Source: an uncultured Nitrososphaeraceae archaeon (GTDB lineage: Archaea > Thermoproteota > Nitrososphaeria > Nitrososphaerales > Nitrososphaeraceae). Taken from it: DNA of 64,000 nt. The notes under the pieces are model-generated. The model was not told where the DNA came from. It saw only the letters and a program-made list of their open reading frames with translations, and did not search any database. The position numbers and the translations under genes are program-made. Of the stretch, positions 24,904 to 37,419 are shown in pieces; positions within the stretch are counted from its first letter, which is position 1; each line of letters opens with the position of its first letter. The stretch lies in the NCBI GenBank assembly GCA_963729045.1, contig CAVSMN010000021.1, forward strand, positions 64,001 through 128,000, written 5' to 3'.

Positions 24904-25369
24904 ATGAATAAATTTAATTTATTCCTTATTATGAGCATAGGCGCAGTATTTGTCACAGCATTGATTTTTGGATCAACCATGACAACTGCATTTGCACAAG
25001 GAAATGACACAGGTGAAGTTCAGGTAGGATCGCCACTGGTATTTACAGCAGAAAATGCAACAATGGCTGCCAATAATGCGAGCAATGCTACTACAGCAGC
25101 AGCAGCAGGTGATTCGGTTGTAAGCCAAACACCCCAAGTTGATGCTCCTCAAGGCCAAGCAACCTCTGATGGTGGAGAAAACCTCTGATGGTGGAGAAAC
25201 CTCTGATGGTGGAGAAACCTCTGATGGTGGAGAAACCTCTGATGGTGGAGAAACCTCTGATGGTGGAGACGAAGGCTCTGATGGTGGAGACGAAGGCTCT
25301 GATGGTGGAGACGAAGGCTCTGATGGTGGAGACGAAGGCTCTGATGGTGGAGACGAAAACAATAACTAA
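24904..25369 (+). CDS. Secreted protein with acidic SDGGET/SDGGDEG repeat tail (1-nt insertion at ~25180)
   Basis: Signal peptide ending AFA; 5 x 18-nt and 4-5 x 21-nt repeats; T-tract after the stop. Confidence 0.75.
25163..25357 (+). repeat. Composite 18-nt / 21-nt tandem repeat
   Basis: (tctgatggtggagaaacc)5 followed by (tctgatggtggagacgaaggc)4 and a partial copy. Confidence 0.95.
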
Positions 25370-25882
25370 AATAAATTAACCAATTTTTTTTCTCCTTTTT
25401 TTCTTTTATATTTTATCTGACTTTTGTTAACCTCTAATTGAGTAGAATACAATAGAATAATTAAGACTCGGCAAAGTCCCAAAATCTAGTAAATTTAGAT
25501 CCATAGTAATCGTGCTCTTTTAGTAGGGCAAGATTGAACGGGAACTTTAGGACTCGCTATACTTTTACTATCTCATTAGGGCTTGAAATCATATCTCTAC
25601 TAATTTTAGAATTAACGATACCTGTTTGGTCTGATAGAAATTAGACATCAAGTCTTTGTGCCTACTTACAATTACACAAATGTTATGTGAAATATTTTGC
25701 TTACTTGAATTATTGGTTTGTCGTAGATGAATTTGTCGATGCAAAAGAGAATAAATGTTTTTTAATTCATCTAAATTCTAGCAAAAATTAAGAAGTGATT
25801 AAACCTCTACTTCTCGCGTACTGATGATTATATTGCTTAGAGGACCTCCTTCAGAAATCTTGGAAGAGTGAAGGGCGAGTAC

Positions 25883-26436
25883 TTACCGTGATAGGAAGGA
25901 GACTCCTCTAATATGGTGGTTGGCTATTGAAGTTGCCAGGTGGATTATATTGACAAACCAATACATTCGTTCCACCATATTGAGCGAATTAACCACCGGG
26001 TCCACTAGTGAATGCGCAACCAACCTCAGTTGAACGCTGGTCAACCATCTGAGTGTAGTGACCATTGCCAGAGCCGCAGGGTGCCAGGTACATAGTGACT
26101 CTTTTCGTTGACCCAGGACTGCTGCAGGACGTCCACAGTAGCGTATGACGGACCTCCTCCACTTGCCAAGTTCTCACCATAACCTGTGCCGGTGGAATGG
26201 ACCATCTGGCCTGTTGAAAGCAAATTATCGGCCCAATTCTGTGCGCTGGCGGCGATGCTGTCGCTCCACGTCAGCGGTGCAACTCCAACTGCAGCGCGTT
26301 CTTGGTTGTGGGTATTCAAGATGGTATTTTCTAAATCCCCTTGTGCATACGATAATTGCAGAACTGATGATGGTACTACTAGAGTTGCCGTCATAATCAA
26401 GATCATAGTAATTTTTACTGATATTTTGTTATACAT
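25883..26436 (-). CDS. Secreted CAP/SCP (PR-1-like) domain protein, frameshifted
   Basis: HNQERAAVGVAPLTWS, HS…GENLA, GHYTQMV…VGCA. Confidence 0.85.
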
Positions 26437-27448
26437 GATTTGTATCAATATTAGAAACAATTTAGTTTATTAATGAATCGATTAGTTTAAATACTAGTGT
26501 CTTAATAGGGAATTTTCGATTGGTCATTCAGGATTGTTCATAATGTTTATAACTTTTTAGCCCTCTTATTCACTAATTTATATCTTAAGGAATCACCGAA
26601 TAATAACGAAGGTCTAATCTTAGAGGACATAGTCAACAAATTGATTAGAATGTTTGTTTTTGAATTTATGGACCGTTGGTAAAAAGATATGTCTTAGTAT
26701 TTCTATGCAAAAGAACAAGGAACATACTTCTCAATCGGAGCATTCACTTAACTTAAGTTTAATCATAAAGATACTAAAACCTAGATGTTAAGTAACTTCC
26801 ACTATCTATACCTATCAAGTATTTGTCTAAAATAAATTAACTGTTGAATTTTGATTGTGAAATGTTCGAGAGTTGTGCAATAATAATAATAATAGTAAAT
26901 TCAGTATCCCATCTAATCTAATCTCCTTTAATTGTTTTGTATCTGTTCAAATAACACCAATCGGACCAACATCAAGGATGCTCTAATTAGGATATGCTCA
27001 TATCAGACAAGAGATAGTTAAAACAACTACAAAATGGATCTGAACATCAGCCTTGTGATTTAATGAAGGGCTGTATGAAAGTGTTCATTGAGTGGTACCA
27101 TTAGAAAGTATTCCTGTTATGTTCAAGACTAATTTATCGGAATGAACTATGAGGGTATGACGGGTCAATTTAATAATGAAAATTATGATATATGTGGTTC
27201 TTCCTGTATGACGGTTATGTGTTTGGATGTATATCTGTGCCAGAAAATGCTAAGTATGCATTAAAGTTTCGTAGGCAATATCAGTGTGTATTGCACCATC
27301 TATCGTACAGTCAGCTCATTCGTTTCAAATATCAAATAATGTCCATGCGAAATGAGAAGAAAAAAAAGTTAAGAGGAGGAACTCATAATCACTGTCAAAA
27401 GTAAATACGCGATTACCTTATAAATGACAAAACTATAGATACGTTACA

Positions 27449-28010
27449 ATGAAGCAAGATCGCAATAGATTTGTGAACATAGAAAGTAGCAAGTTTGTAG
27501 TAGCAGTTACATTGTGTTTTAGTCTTTTATGTTATAATAACTGCGACAAATATGATGTCGCCATCAGCCATCAAATTTCCATCTTTTGCATTAGCACAAG
27601 AGCAGCAAAACTTTACCGCAAACCTTGTCGGGCAGGATGTGGTTCCACCAACAAATTCTAAAGCTACTGGTACTTCTGAGTTTACTCCTAGCAGCGATGG
27701 AATGAGTATGAATTATGAGGTGTACGTTACGGATATAGATGGTGTCACACTTGCTCAAATATATCAAGGTCAAGAAGATGGAAATGGTCCTGCATTTATC
27801 AACACTCATACGCTTCAAAGATATAACTCCGAGCGGTCCAGTGAATGGGCTGTTAACCCAAGGCGTTATAACATTGATGATCTTCAAGGGCCATTGATTG
27901 GAAAACAGGTGTCTGATCTGACCGAACTTATGGAAAATAACAATACATACGTGGAAATCCAGACTACAGAAAATCCTAACGGAGAAATTAGAGGACAAAT
28001 AATCAAATAA
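27449..28010 (+). CDS. Secreted CHRD-domain protein (indels)
   Basis: FTANLVGQDVVPPTNSKATG…TYVEIQTTENPNGEIRGQI. Confidence 0.85.
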
Positions 28011-28468
28011 AATAATTGACTGTACATATCGATTATTTTCGAAAATAACCGATATGATTGATTTCTGATAGAATTTTATGGATCTTGATAATCAACAAGA
28101 ATCGCCTAGTCATATATAGAAACCTTTCGGCTAGCCACAATACCAAAAATATGTGCCAAACAACTGCACATGTTATGAAATATATATAATGATCTAAACG
28201 AAATATTTGAATTCAAAAACCCACTATATATAAGAAAAGAAAAACCAGTTAAAGCAGACTAATTTAATTTAAAATTTTATTTCGATATAATAAACTCATA
28301 CTGATATCCTTATTATTCCGCCAAGCTCGCAACTTATTTGAGTAGCACTTTATAAACGACTCATCTAATAGTAACACGTCCAAACATTAAAGAACTAGAA
28401 TTATCTTATTGAATGATAACTAGGAAACATTCAGATATCATTTATTTATAGTTTTGAAAAGCTAACCA

Positions 28469-28864
28469 ATGAGTAGTGACGATATAAAAAAGGGCGAGTC
28501 AACTGAGGAAGTATTAATTATAAAAAAAACACTCGCTCAAGAATTTTTTTATTTTCTAAAAACATTTGGTATAATTGGTTTAGCAATAGCCTTTGTTATT
28601 GGTCAGGCTGCCTCTGGACTAGTGACTTCCTTCGTAGACGACATCATAAATCCCCTAATTGGATTATTTTTACCTGCGGGAAATCTAGATGCAGTGTCTG
28701 TACAGGTACCTAATATATCAAGTGGAACTACAGAGTTTAGAATTGGACAACTTATATCAAGTATTATTGACTTTCTGATAATCGCTCTAGTCGTGTTTCT
28801 TGCATATAAGCAACTATCGCGATTTAAATTGGTAGATGATAAAATTATACCTGAGAAGAAATAA
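28469..28864 (+). CDS. mscL: Large-conductance mechanosensitive channel family protein
   Basis: FLKTFGIIGLAIAFVIGQA…VDDIINPLIG…IGQLISSIIDFLIIA. Confidence 0.88.
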   Translation: MSSDDIKKGESTEEVLIIKKTLAQEFFYFLKTFGIIGLAIAFVIGQAASGLVTSFVDDIINPLIGLFLPAGNLDAVSVQVPNISSGTTEFRIGQLISSIIDFLIIALVVFLAYKQLSRFKLVDDKIIPEKK

Positions 28865-29124
28865 TCTTCTATATCTTTTTTGATCTCTCATATTCTTAAT
28901 CCAACTAGTGTGAATATCCTATGATTCTCACCAAATCCTCTATACAATACTCTATTTAATCTCACCACATTATACGTCAATTATTAATCTTGGTGACAAA
29001 AGTGAATTAAATATGTGCGTACATATTAAATGATGACGGTAGGATTAATTTACATTTTATAGGATCTGACTTTGAAACAACTGGTAATCTTTTTATATTC
29101 ATAAAGAAAATAATTACTAAACAA

Positions 29125-29496
29125 ATGGACTACTATTATCGTGTTACGTTAATTGTTTTAGTCTCAATTGCAGCAACAGGTTTAATTGCAATCCCATTTG
29201 GAAATCCCAAATTTATTGATAGGGCAATTATTTTGGAATTAACATTTATCACACTATCCGTTTTAATATGGAAAGGATATGATAAAGCACTGTATGCATG
29301 TATCCCGTTAGCTACATTAATTATCATTGGCAATAGCCTTGCTCCACCACATGTTAATTTGATGATGACCTTTTCTAAACCACTAAATGCAATTGTTCTG
29401 ATTATAGGGGGATATGTATTGCAAGGTATTCTTATATATACCAGCTTAAGGTCAATACTGAATATAAGGTCAAAGAGATTGACCGCCGCTACATGA
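29125..29496 (+). CDS. Four-TM membrane hypothetical protein
   Basis: 123-aa hydrophobic ORF preceded by a TATA-like TTTTATAT. Confidence 0.7.
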   Translation: MDYYYRVTLIVLVSIAATGLIAIPFGNPKFIDRAIILELTFITLSVLIWKGYDKALYACIPLATLIIIGNSLAPPHVNLMMTFSKPLNAIVLIIGGYVLQGILIYTSLRSILNIRSKRLTAAT

Positions 29497-29702
29497 TTTT
29501 ATGAGATTTACCCTACCAGGATTACGATAAACTTGTCAGCCTAAATTTGAAAGGCAATTATCATATGAATGTTTCAATTGGTATACAAAGTGTCTACCAC
29601 TATCCAAATTTCCAATTTTTAAAAAAGGATTAATGACAGATTTGTAGATCATCCTACTGAATCTGTTAACAACTATTACAATTTTTCAGATAAACTGAGA
29701 AA

Positions 29703-30950
29703 TTACTTGAAGTTTCTAACTGGGTCTGAAATCCATTTAAAGAGGTCTTCCAGAACCTTTTTTTCTATTGGTCCTCCTACAGTGGTAACCCATTGTGATG
29801 ATGGATAAAATAGATGCCCCAGGTTTGGATATGTAATCAATGCATGATCAGGATGTCTTAGTTCTGTAAGTTTTTGTTGTAAAAGTAATGCTTGTTGTAA
29901 TGGCGTGTCTGAATCATTCTCTCCTTGAAGAATTAAAACAGAAATGTTGGATGGAACTTTATTATGATATCTAAGTTGGGTAACAAAGAAAACTGTGAAT
30001 TAACCCAAATAGGACACGGGCCGGATAGACCATTGCATTTTTCACTGGGATCATATCCGAAGAAGACTTGAGTTTGTCTACTTGCCTGGGCTTGAGCTCT
30101 CATTAATACTTATGAGAGTATCGTTGTTAATATCGTATTGGGGAACTAGTCGTTCTCCCGTACCTCCAGTTCCATTCACTGAATCAACATTTTTAGCAAG
30201 AACCAAGGTAATATTTCCAAACAGCGATCTGAAAACAGGATCCTCGGAAGCCTCTTTTACTGAAATTAAACCATTATGGTCATGGTCTAGAACCTGCTGA
30301 GCGTACAACACGGGTACCATTGCCTGGCCGTATCCTATTTCGTACAAATTTTGGGCCAAGGTGCCCATAGGTACAATTGCATCTACCTTATCTGAATTGT
30401 TAATCGCAATTCTTGGTAGTATCATCAGTACCCTCGCTATGCCCAACCAAAACCACTTTGTTAGGGTCCACTTCTGGTTGCTGGAGGAGGACATCCAATG
30501 CTTTCTGAGCATCTCGTGCTAGATCGTCAAATGTTACATTTCCCCATACATCATAATCTAAAATTGTAAAATTTGCACCTACGCCTCTTTTGTCATATTG
30601 CAAAACTGCGAAACCTCTTTCTGAAAGATATTCAGCTATATCAAAGAATGGTCTAGCAGATGGGTAGATAAAAGAATTTGTATCGTTATCTATACGAATA
30701 TAACCCGCAGTTTCATTCATATCTGTAATTCCAGAGCCAGGTACTAAAAGAACAGCTGGGTATGGGCCGTCCCCAATAACTGGGAGATTTAATCTTGCAT
30801 TAGTCTCTAATCCATTATCCAGATCTATTACCATATTTCTATATTTTGTTGTCTTTAGATCTGATTGACCATGAACTGTGAGAGTGACTACTAAATAGGA
30901 AACATAAAGTTAAAACAGAAAATACTATTGATACCTGATTTAATGACAAG
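29703..30950 (-). CDS. Secreted alpha/beta hydrolase (serine aminopeptidase-like), multiply frameshifted; start approximate
   Basis: PAVLLVPGSGITD, YDKRGVG, GHSEG, QGENDS, YPNLGH. Confidence 0.8.
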
Positions 30951-31595
30951 ACAAATGTAATTATAGGATCTATGATTTAAGCATTGTTTGGGATGACCTT
31001 ATTCGAAGAGGTGTTTATGCCTTGACTTTTTTATGGATCATCACTTTTGTAGTTGACCATATTCAAGTGACAACCACTGCAATTTGAAGAAAACAGATGT
31101 AATAACAGGATTAACACTAACAACAATAGTTAACAAAATATAAGTTAGTGGCCGTTTTAGATGAAGTGTCGACCTACAATAAAGTATATTTTAACTTTCG
31201 GCAAACATCTGCAATGGTTGTATCATCTGATCGTTGAAGAACAAATAAGTGATATGGAAAGAGAAGAAAAGTGGAAATAAACTACATTACAACTATTATG
31301 ATAGGGAATTTGATGCCTCATTAATAACATAATTAAAGATAAGAAATAGATAGAAAATAAAAAAATTCAATATGTAAATTTCCGCATCATCACTTCGTTA
31401 AAATAGCAACAGAATAAATAATATGGTTCATGTCGAATGATCCGAAATTATGAGAAAAGCGATATATTGAAGAAGAAATAACTGATATAATTGCAAGTGA
31501 CACTCCATTTGTCGTTCAATGTTCTTAATGTAATCCACATTATTGTAATAAACACAAGGTACTTACAAATATCCTCTTTATTAAGCAGATTCTGT

Positions 31596-31946
31596 TCATT
31601 TACCTTGAAATTCTAAATCATAATTATTTGATTCAACCCTGATAATAAGATCAGTATAATCTGATATTGAACTCTCACGCTGTGAATAAATTCTGTATAA
31701 GAGATCCCAACCGTTTGCCTCAATTAAATATACTTTTCTGACTCTATTATAGGATATCAATGAATTATTTACCAAATGATGCAAATGTTCTCTCAAAACT
31801 GCTTTCGATGTAGGAATAACTCTAGGAATATGTAATTCGATTTCTGAAAATGACGACCCCTTTATGCACGCTAACAAGATTGATTCCGTGATGGCTACCT
31901 TTAGACAAATCGGGTTTATGTCTTCTTTGCTGCGTTCCCGATTCAT
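31596..31946 (-). CDS. Winged-helix DNA-binding protein
   Basis: ILLAC…SFSEI…LREHLHHLVNNSLISY…YLIEANG. Confidence 0.6.
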   Translation of the reverse strand: MNRERSKEDINPICLKVAITESILLACIKGSSFSEIELHIPRVIPTSKAVLREHLHHLVNNSLISYNRVRKVYLIEANGWDLLYRIYSQRESSISDYTDLIIRVESNNYDLEFQGK

Positions 31947-32505
31947 TTAATCCTTGTCACCTTTTATTTTGTGATTTAGAAAAGTCGGAAAATCGTCCTT
32001 GTTAAATGGTTTCAATTCTTTTAAATTCATATGGGATGGTAATTAAAAAACATTTAGGAGCTATAGGCATAGCAAGATTGATTAGTCATCATGATTGCGA
32101 TTATATTTGGAATAATCATTATGGTGTAGATAAATGCCATCTTAAAATGCTAGAACTAGATTATTAACAAATCAAAACATGACTTTTTAGCAGTAGGATT
32201 ACGATAATCGATACCCTAAACTTCAAACATCACCGGATAAATTGGGCCTGATTTAGGATACCTATCTTAATCTATCTTGTATTGGGTTGAGTAATGTGAA
32301 ATTATGACGAAGAACCAAATTTTTCTGTTAATGCGATTAAGGTTTACCCAATGCCTATCAGAAAAACTAATGGGATTCTAGAAAATCGTGATCAGTATCG
32401 AATTAGGCAATATTAAAAATAAACTCTGTCTGTTAATTTTATATTGATAATATCTATTAAATTTTAATACAATATCTATAAACAAGATAACAATAAAAAA
32501 AAGGA

Positions 32506-32764
32506 TTAGTTGTTTGATTTGTCCTAAAGCATTGTTGCCTTTATTGAATTGGTCTTGGAAGTTAAAGTTATTACCAGATAAGAATGAACTTCCACCAGAA
32601 ACTACTTGGCTATTTTGTTTTGATTTTTGAGATTGTTCGATTATTTGTTTTGCTTTGTTACTCTTTTTTGCTAATGCGTCTTCTGAAATTGCCAATGGGG
32701 CTAAGACTAAAGCTAGTGCAAGAACAACTGCTGTTGATACTAGTAATGTTTTACTTGTGTTCAT
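32506..32764 (-). CDS. Small secreted protein: signal peptide + one Q/N-rich unit (Cys-free variant); 1-nt insertion near the 3' end
   Basis: MNTSKTLL…ALA-KKSNKAKQIIEQSQKSKQNSQVVSGGSSFLSGNNFNFQDQFNKGNNALGQ(SNN*); removing one T at ~32520 restores the ending of the 54338 paralog. Confidence 0.85.
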
Positions 32765-33057
32765 ACTTGTAAATTCTATTATCATAATGCAATATATATT
32801 AGGTATTTTAGAATTTTATATGAACATGTTTCAGTTGGTTTGAACAGAAAAATCTTCTAGTATTCTTACTCATATGAATGACTTCCTTACCATTGCTAGG
32901 TAGCTAAACCTGATAATTGAATGAAAGTTTCAATATTTACTACTATATTTGTATTGTCTTAGGAAAAATAAAATTACTAATAGTTTCAAGTTAGCTTTTA
33001 CAATATTTAGTTAAAAAAATTATTAGTTATATAAACAATATTGAACATCTACAATTA

Positions 33058-33216
33058 ATGACAGACAATATTATTGATGATGCAGCCAAGAAAATAAAAA
33101 ATTCACAACAAGACGCTGAAGCAAAGGCAGAAACAGCCCAAGATCACGCAGAAGGAAAGCCTAGTTCAGAGACCTTGAACAAGGCTAAAGTAAAGATAAA
33201 AGATGCATTAGATTAA
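33058..33216 (+). CDS. 52-aa hydrophilic LEA-like protein (below ORF-track cutoff)
   Basis: MTDNIIDDAAKKIKNSQQDAEAKAETAQDHAEGKPSSETLNKAKVKIKDALD*; TTATATAAA ~25 nt upstream and a T-tract downstream. Confidence 0.65.
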   Translation: MTDNIIDDAAKKIKNSQQDAEAKAETAQDHAEGKPSSETLNKAKVKIKDALD

Positions 33217-33988
33217 AGAATTATTTGGACACTTTAACAATATTTTTTTTACTATATATCTAAATACCATATCATCAATAGTTTTCATATCAAATATTCT
33301 GAACCTTGATATTCCATAGAATCTCTGATTGTATTGATTGCTCTATTATCCTTTGTTACCATTGATAATGCGGAATCATCATTAAGGTGTTTGGTATCGT
33401 ATCCGAATAAACCTTTTTTTAATTCATTGTTTTGGTTCCACTTACCTGTTCAGCGCGAATAAAGAAAGGGTTTGCGAAATTACCATTTGAAAAGTCGTTT
33501 TGGAAGCCCGATAACATATTCTTTGATTTGATTTTGTGTGTTGGAAGAGTGTTACTTATAAGTATTAGTGTGATTTCGCTTCATTTTCTGCAATTACAAA
33601 TTTATGAGTATTTTACTCTTGAAAAAGCATTGCAATATTACCTCATTGGAACATTGCTACTATTTGTTTATAGCGATGGATTGATGTGCGAGTGTTATGT
33701 TACCGTTGCTATCTACCATTATATCTACGGTAATAAGAGATAAACCCGCAAATTCCAAAAGTGAAAAACTGATGTGCTTGCTAAAATATAAAAACTACAT
33801 ATTTCAATTCATACATTAATTTATGACATAGAGACATTAAATTGAGATCATAAAAATTTCGGTGTATTCGTAGAGTATATCAGTTTGACCTCGTACCATG
33901 GATTTTTAGATGACCATTTTCTTTTATCTGTATAGTTAAGGAAATTAATGTTCAGAATATTTCTACTTTCTCTGCGCCTTGACTCTTG

Positions 33989-34930
33989 TTACTTTGCTCG
34001 TTCGAGTTCCACATATATTTTTGAAGATGTGGTATAAGGAATAGCTTGCTTAACTTTACTCTCAATGTTATCAATTATAGATTCGATAGCATCTGTACTC
34101 AAATCATCACTTAAGCTTACTTCTATTGCTATAAGGACATCTTCTGGTGCAAGGTGCATTGTACGAATTGAAATTATTTTATCTACTTGAGGTATTTTAG
34201 AAACTGCATTAAAGATAGCCTTGTAATCTCTTCTCGACATGGCTTCTCCTATAAGCAAATCTTTGTTTTCTCTGGCCAAAAAGAATGCAAATGTCATTAA
34301 CGTTATACCAATCAAGAGAGAACCAATGGCATCATACGCCATATTTCCAGTTATATCTGAAAGATAGACGGCTGTCCCTGCGATAATTATTCCCAAGATA
34401 GCTGCTGAATCTTCAACTATAACAGTCAAGACAGATGTATCCTTGCTTTCTTTAAATTCCATCATCAAAGTCGAAATAGTTAATCTTTCGCCTCTGTCTT
34501 CAATTCCCTTCTTGAATATTCCAAATGCTATTCTGAGAGCATTTGCTTCAAAAACAAATGATATCGCCAAAATTATATAAGTTATGGATACATTTTCTAG
34601 CACATGTGTCTCAACTCCAAATAACGAACTAAATCCTTGTTCTAACGATAATACTCCAGAAATACCAAAGATGAGTGTGGCTACAATAAAAGACCAAAAA
34701 AACTGTTCTTTTCCATGCCCGAATGGATGTTTTTCAGAAACCTGTTTTTTACTTGTTTTAATCCCAACTAAAAGTAATACTTGATTAAATGTATCGGAAA
34801 ATGAATGATATGTCTCAGCCCACATCGAGGAGCTACCCGTTAGAATCGCAGCCACAAGTTTGGATATTGCAATTCCTAAGTTTCCAAATAAAGCTGCATA
34901 AATTGCTCTTTTTGAACCTCCCCCTGCCAT
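33989..34930 (-). CDS. Cation diffusion facilitator (CDF) transporter
   Basis: AETYHSFSD, HPFGHGKE, EDSAA, C-terminal IYVE; likely start MAGGGSKR. Confidence 0.92.
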   Translation of the reverse strand: MAGGGSKRAIYAALFGNLGIAISKLVAAILTGSSSMWAETYHSFSDTFNQVLLLVGIKTSKKQVSEKHPFGHGKEQFFWSFIVATLIFGISGVLSLEQGFSSLFGVETHVLENVSITYIILAISFVFEANALRIAFGIFKKGIEDRGERLTISTLMMEFKESKDTSVLTVIVEDSAAILGIIIAGTAVYLSDITGNMAYDAIGSLLIGITLMTFAFFLARENKDLLIGEAMSRRDYKAIFNAVSKIPQVDKIISIRTMHLAPEDVLIAIEVSLSDDLSTDAIESIIDNIESKVKQAIPYTTSSKIYVELERAK

Positions 34931-35967
34931 TGATGATTGTATTATAACCCTCCATTTAAGATTAGACATAACTGAAAAATACTTAATTGACGTTAACTGG
35001 ATTTTCCAACCGCTTTTTATTTGTCATTTTATTCGAAATAGTGAAGGTGAGAACCTCAAAAGGTTTATCAAAAAGACCTTTCATACAACATGGAGAAAAA
35101 CCCGAATTATTCCCAGGTCTGTAAATATTGCCATCCGACCACACACTTACCTTCTGAAATCCCTTTATTGATGGTAGATAACTTGATAATTATTTCATTA
35201 TTTCTGCCACCGTGTTTTTTTAAGATGTGAATCCCAATCCTAATAGTGAATGCCAAATCAAGCTGATTGGATTTAATTTATTCTGGTGGATCCAATCCGC
35301 ACTGGTAAAATCTAATCCTACTGCCATCCATCCTTAGCCAATTTATATCATAATTTTAAAAAATTCGACCAATAATGAGAAGGATCATTCAATCTATAGC
35401 GGCGTCACTATATAATCAGGATTCCACTAACAAAGACAATTAAAACGCTAAAGAATTATAATGATAATCGTAGCGGCAATGATAATATCGATAATAAAAA
35501 AGTACCGCATAAACCGCATATTCCTGTTATTTCATTTCAGGGCTATAAACATAATCCACCTTGGAATTAAATTGAGTCAAGAATTCAATCCCCAATGAAG
35601 TTCAGAGTCAGTTAAAATACTTTTAAATCCAAAAGGATTTTTGTTAATACATGAACTTCTTGCCAAACTTCTGTAGATATACTGATGATTTCAACCAAAT
35701 CCTCGTTGTGTACGACTCTACATCTGAGTTTCATTGTTTTATAAGTAATAAGATTGGAATTCATTTCCTCTAAAATCTAATACCTAGATACAAAATGCCA
35801 ACTAATTTTCTTAATCATGTCTCAGTCAAAACGAGATCATAACATGATTGAGTAAGACGCACTTGTTGGCTCGAGGAAAAATTGCCAAACAAGTGGTGTT
35901 ATAAAACTTGTTAAATAATATGATAAATGATAATCTATCATGATGTTTATGTTTCTAAACCAAGAAA

Positions 35968-36327
35968 ATGACAATTGAAAAGCGTGAGCATAAGACTGGT
36001 ACCCACTCAAGTGGAAAGGGAAAATATGCATCCTCCACAGAAAATCGTAGATTAGTCTGGGAATATATAATATGGCCCTTAATCCTGGACCTTAACAAGA
36101 ACTATTTTACCCGAGAGGAATATCATAAAATGAGAAACAAGGTTTCAAAAGAAAATAATATTCCTATTTCAAAGATGGCTGGAGGCCTGGTATCTCTTCT
36201 AGTTAGGGGATTTCTCACTCAGGATAATAAATACTATTCAATTCATTACAAATTAATTCCATATATGAGAAAAAGAGTCCACCTAGATTACGAAACGGTT
36301 CTAAAGGAAATAAGATCAAAAAAATAA
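35968..36327 (+). CDS. Basic hypothetical protein (possible winged helix); paralog of 48640-48998
   Basis: STENRRLVWEYIIWPLIL…GGLVSLL…YSIHYKLIPYMR shared by both copies. Confidence 0.75.
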   Translation: MTIEKREHKTGTHSSGKGKYASSTENRRLVWEYIIWPLILDLNKNYFTREEYHKMRNKVSKENNIPISKMAGGLVSLLVRGFLTQDNKYYSIHYKLIPYMRKRVHLDYETVLKEIRSKK

Positions 36328-36864
36328 GTAAATCGTCTAAATAGGAAGTGATGAATATAATTACTCCAATTAGATGCTTTTTCATAATATTTCCACCTTA
36401 AAATGCTTGGCTAGTTGGTGTAATGCTCAGTTATAGTAAATTAACAACGAAGGTATAGTTGAGTGCTGAATGTTAATTGAAGATCATGACGGCAATATTC
36501 TCTCAGACTTTACTATCATAGTCAGAAAACACAAGAATTACAAATGCATTTGGACAGAGTCATGAATGAACCAAACAACAATAATACACAAGGCGAAAAG
36601 ATGCATCTTCGAGGTGCTCAAATGATGATTTCATCAATGTATGAAGGGAACAATAGTACAATGACTCATCATACAGGAGTAACAAATCATACAAGGTAAG
36701 GAGTCCAAGTATATAAGATCCTAATCGAAATTCGATAAACATCTAAATCATTAGAAATTTATATCTTATTTTTTAGATCAATTCTGTTTTGTCTGATGAG
36801 AACAATTAAACAATAGAAATATAGTTAGAAAGTGCTCTATATACACATAAATTTTTGGGATTTT

Positions 36865-37174
36865 TTGTACCTCTATTAATCAACCCGGGATCTCTGATGA
36901 CATAAAAATAATTTTTCTTCTTTGCTTATAATGTTGTAATAATGTTGTCATGAGTTTTTTAAGATTCCAAGAGGTGGTTGTTGATGACTTTTTTACATAT
37001 GTATTTTTATTTCATCAAACGTTGTAGCGTCTTTGTTATGATGCAAAAACAAAATTATTCTGTTAGGCGTATATTCTTTAAGTATCATATAATCTGAAAA
37101 TCGTCATTTGGAACAGAAGGTTTTATGAGGTCGTTTTGCTCTAAAACTTTAAGGGAATGTGATAGGACTCATTA
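36865..37174 (-). pseudogene. Degraded tandem winged-helix regulator
   Basis: Fragments LKVLEQNDLIK, TPNRIILFLHHNKDATTFDEIK and STTSWNLKKL with stops and frameshifts. Confidence 0.4.
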
Positions 37175-37419
37175 TTAGATTAAGTAATTCTAGCCAGATC
37201 ATTGTATATAATACCTAGAAAGTTGATAATTAATTTCAATATTAAATACCTATTGCTATTTATTTTGTTGTTTTCCAACATTTTCAATTCATTTACTCAT
37301 AACTTTATTTGTGATTTATAATTCCTTATTATAGTATCAATATCCTATTAGTTATACTTATTCTAAAATAAAAAAAATAATTCTTGGATAATGGGCTAGA
37401 CAAACTCTTGCTTAATTGT

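Noticed and set aside
24973..25379. PPSE-repeat and MVEKPL-repeat ORFs
   Set aside because: Alternate frames of the acidic tandem repeat
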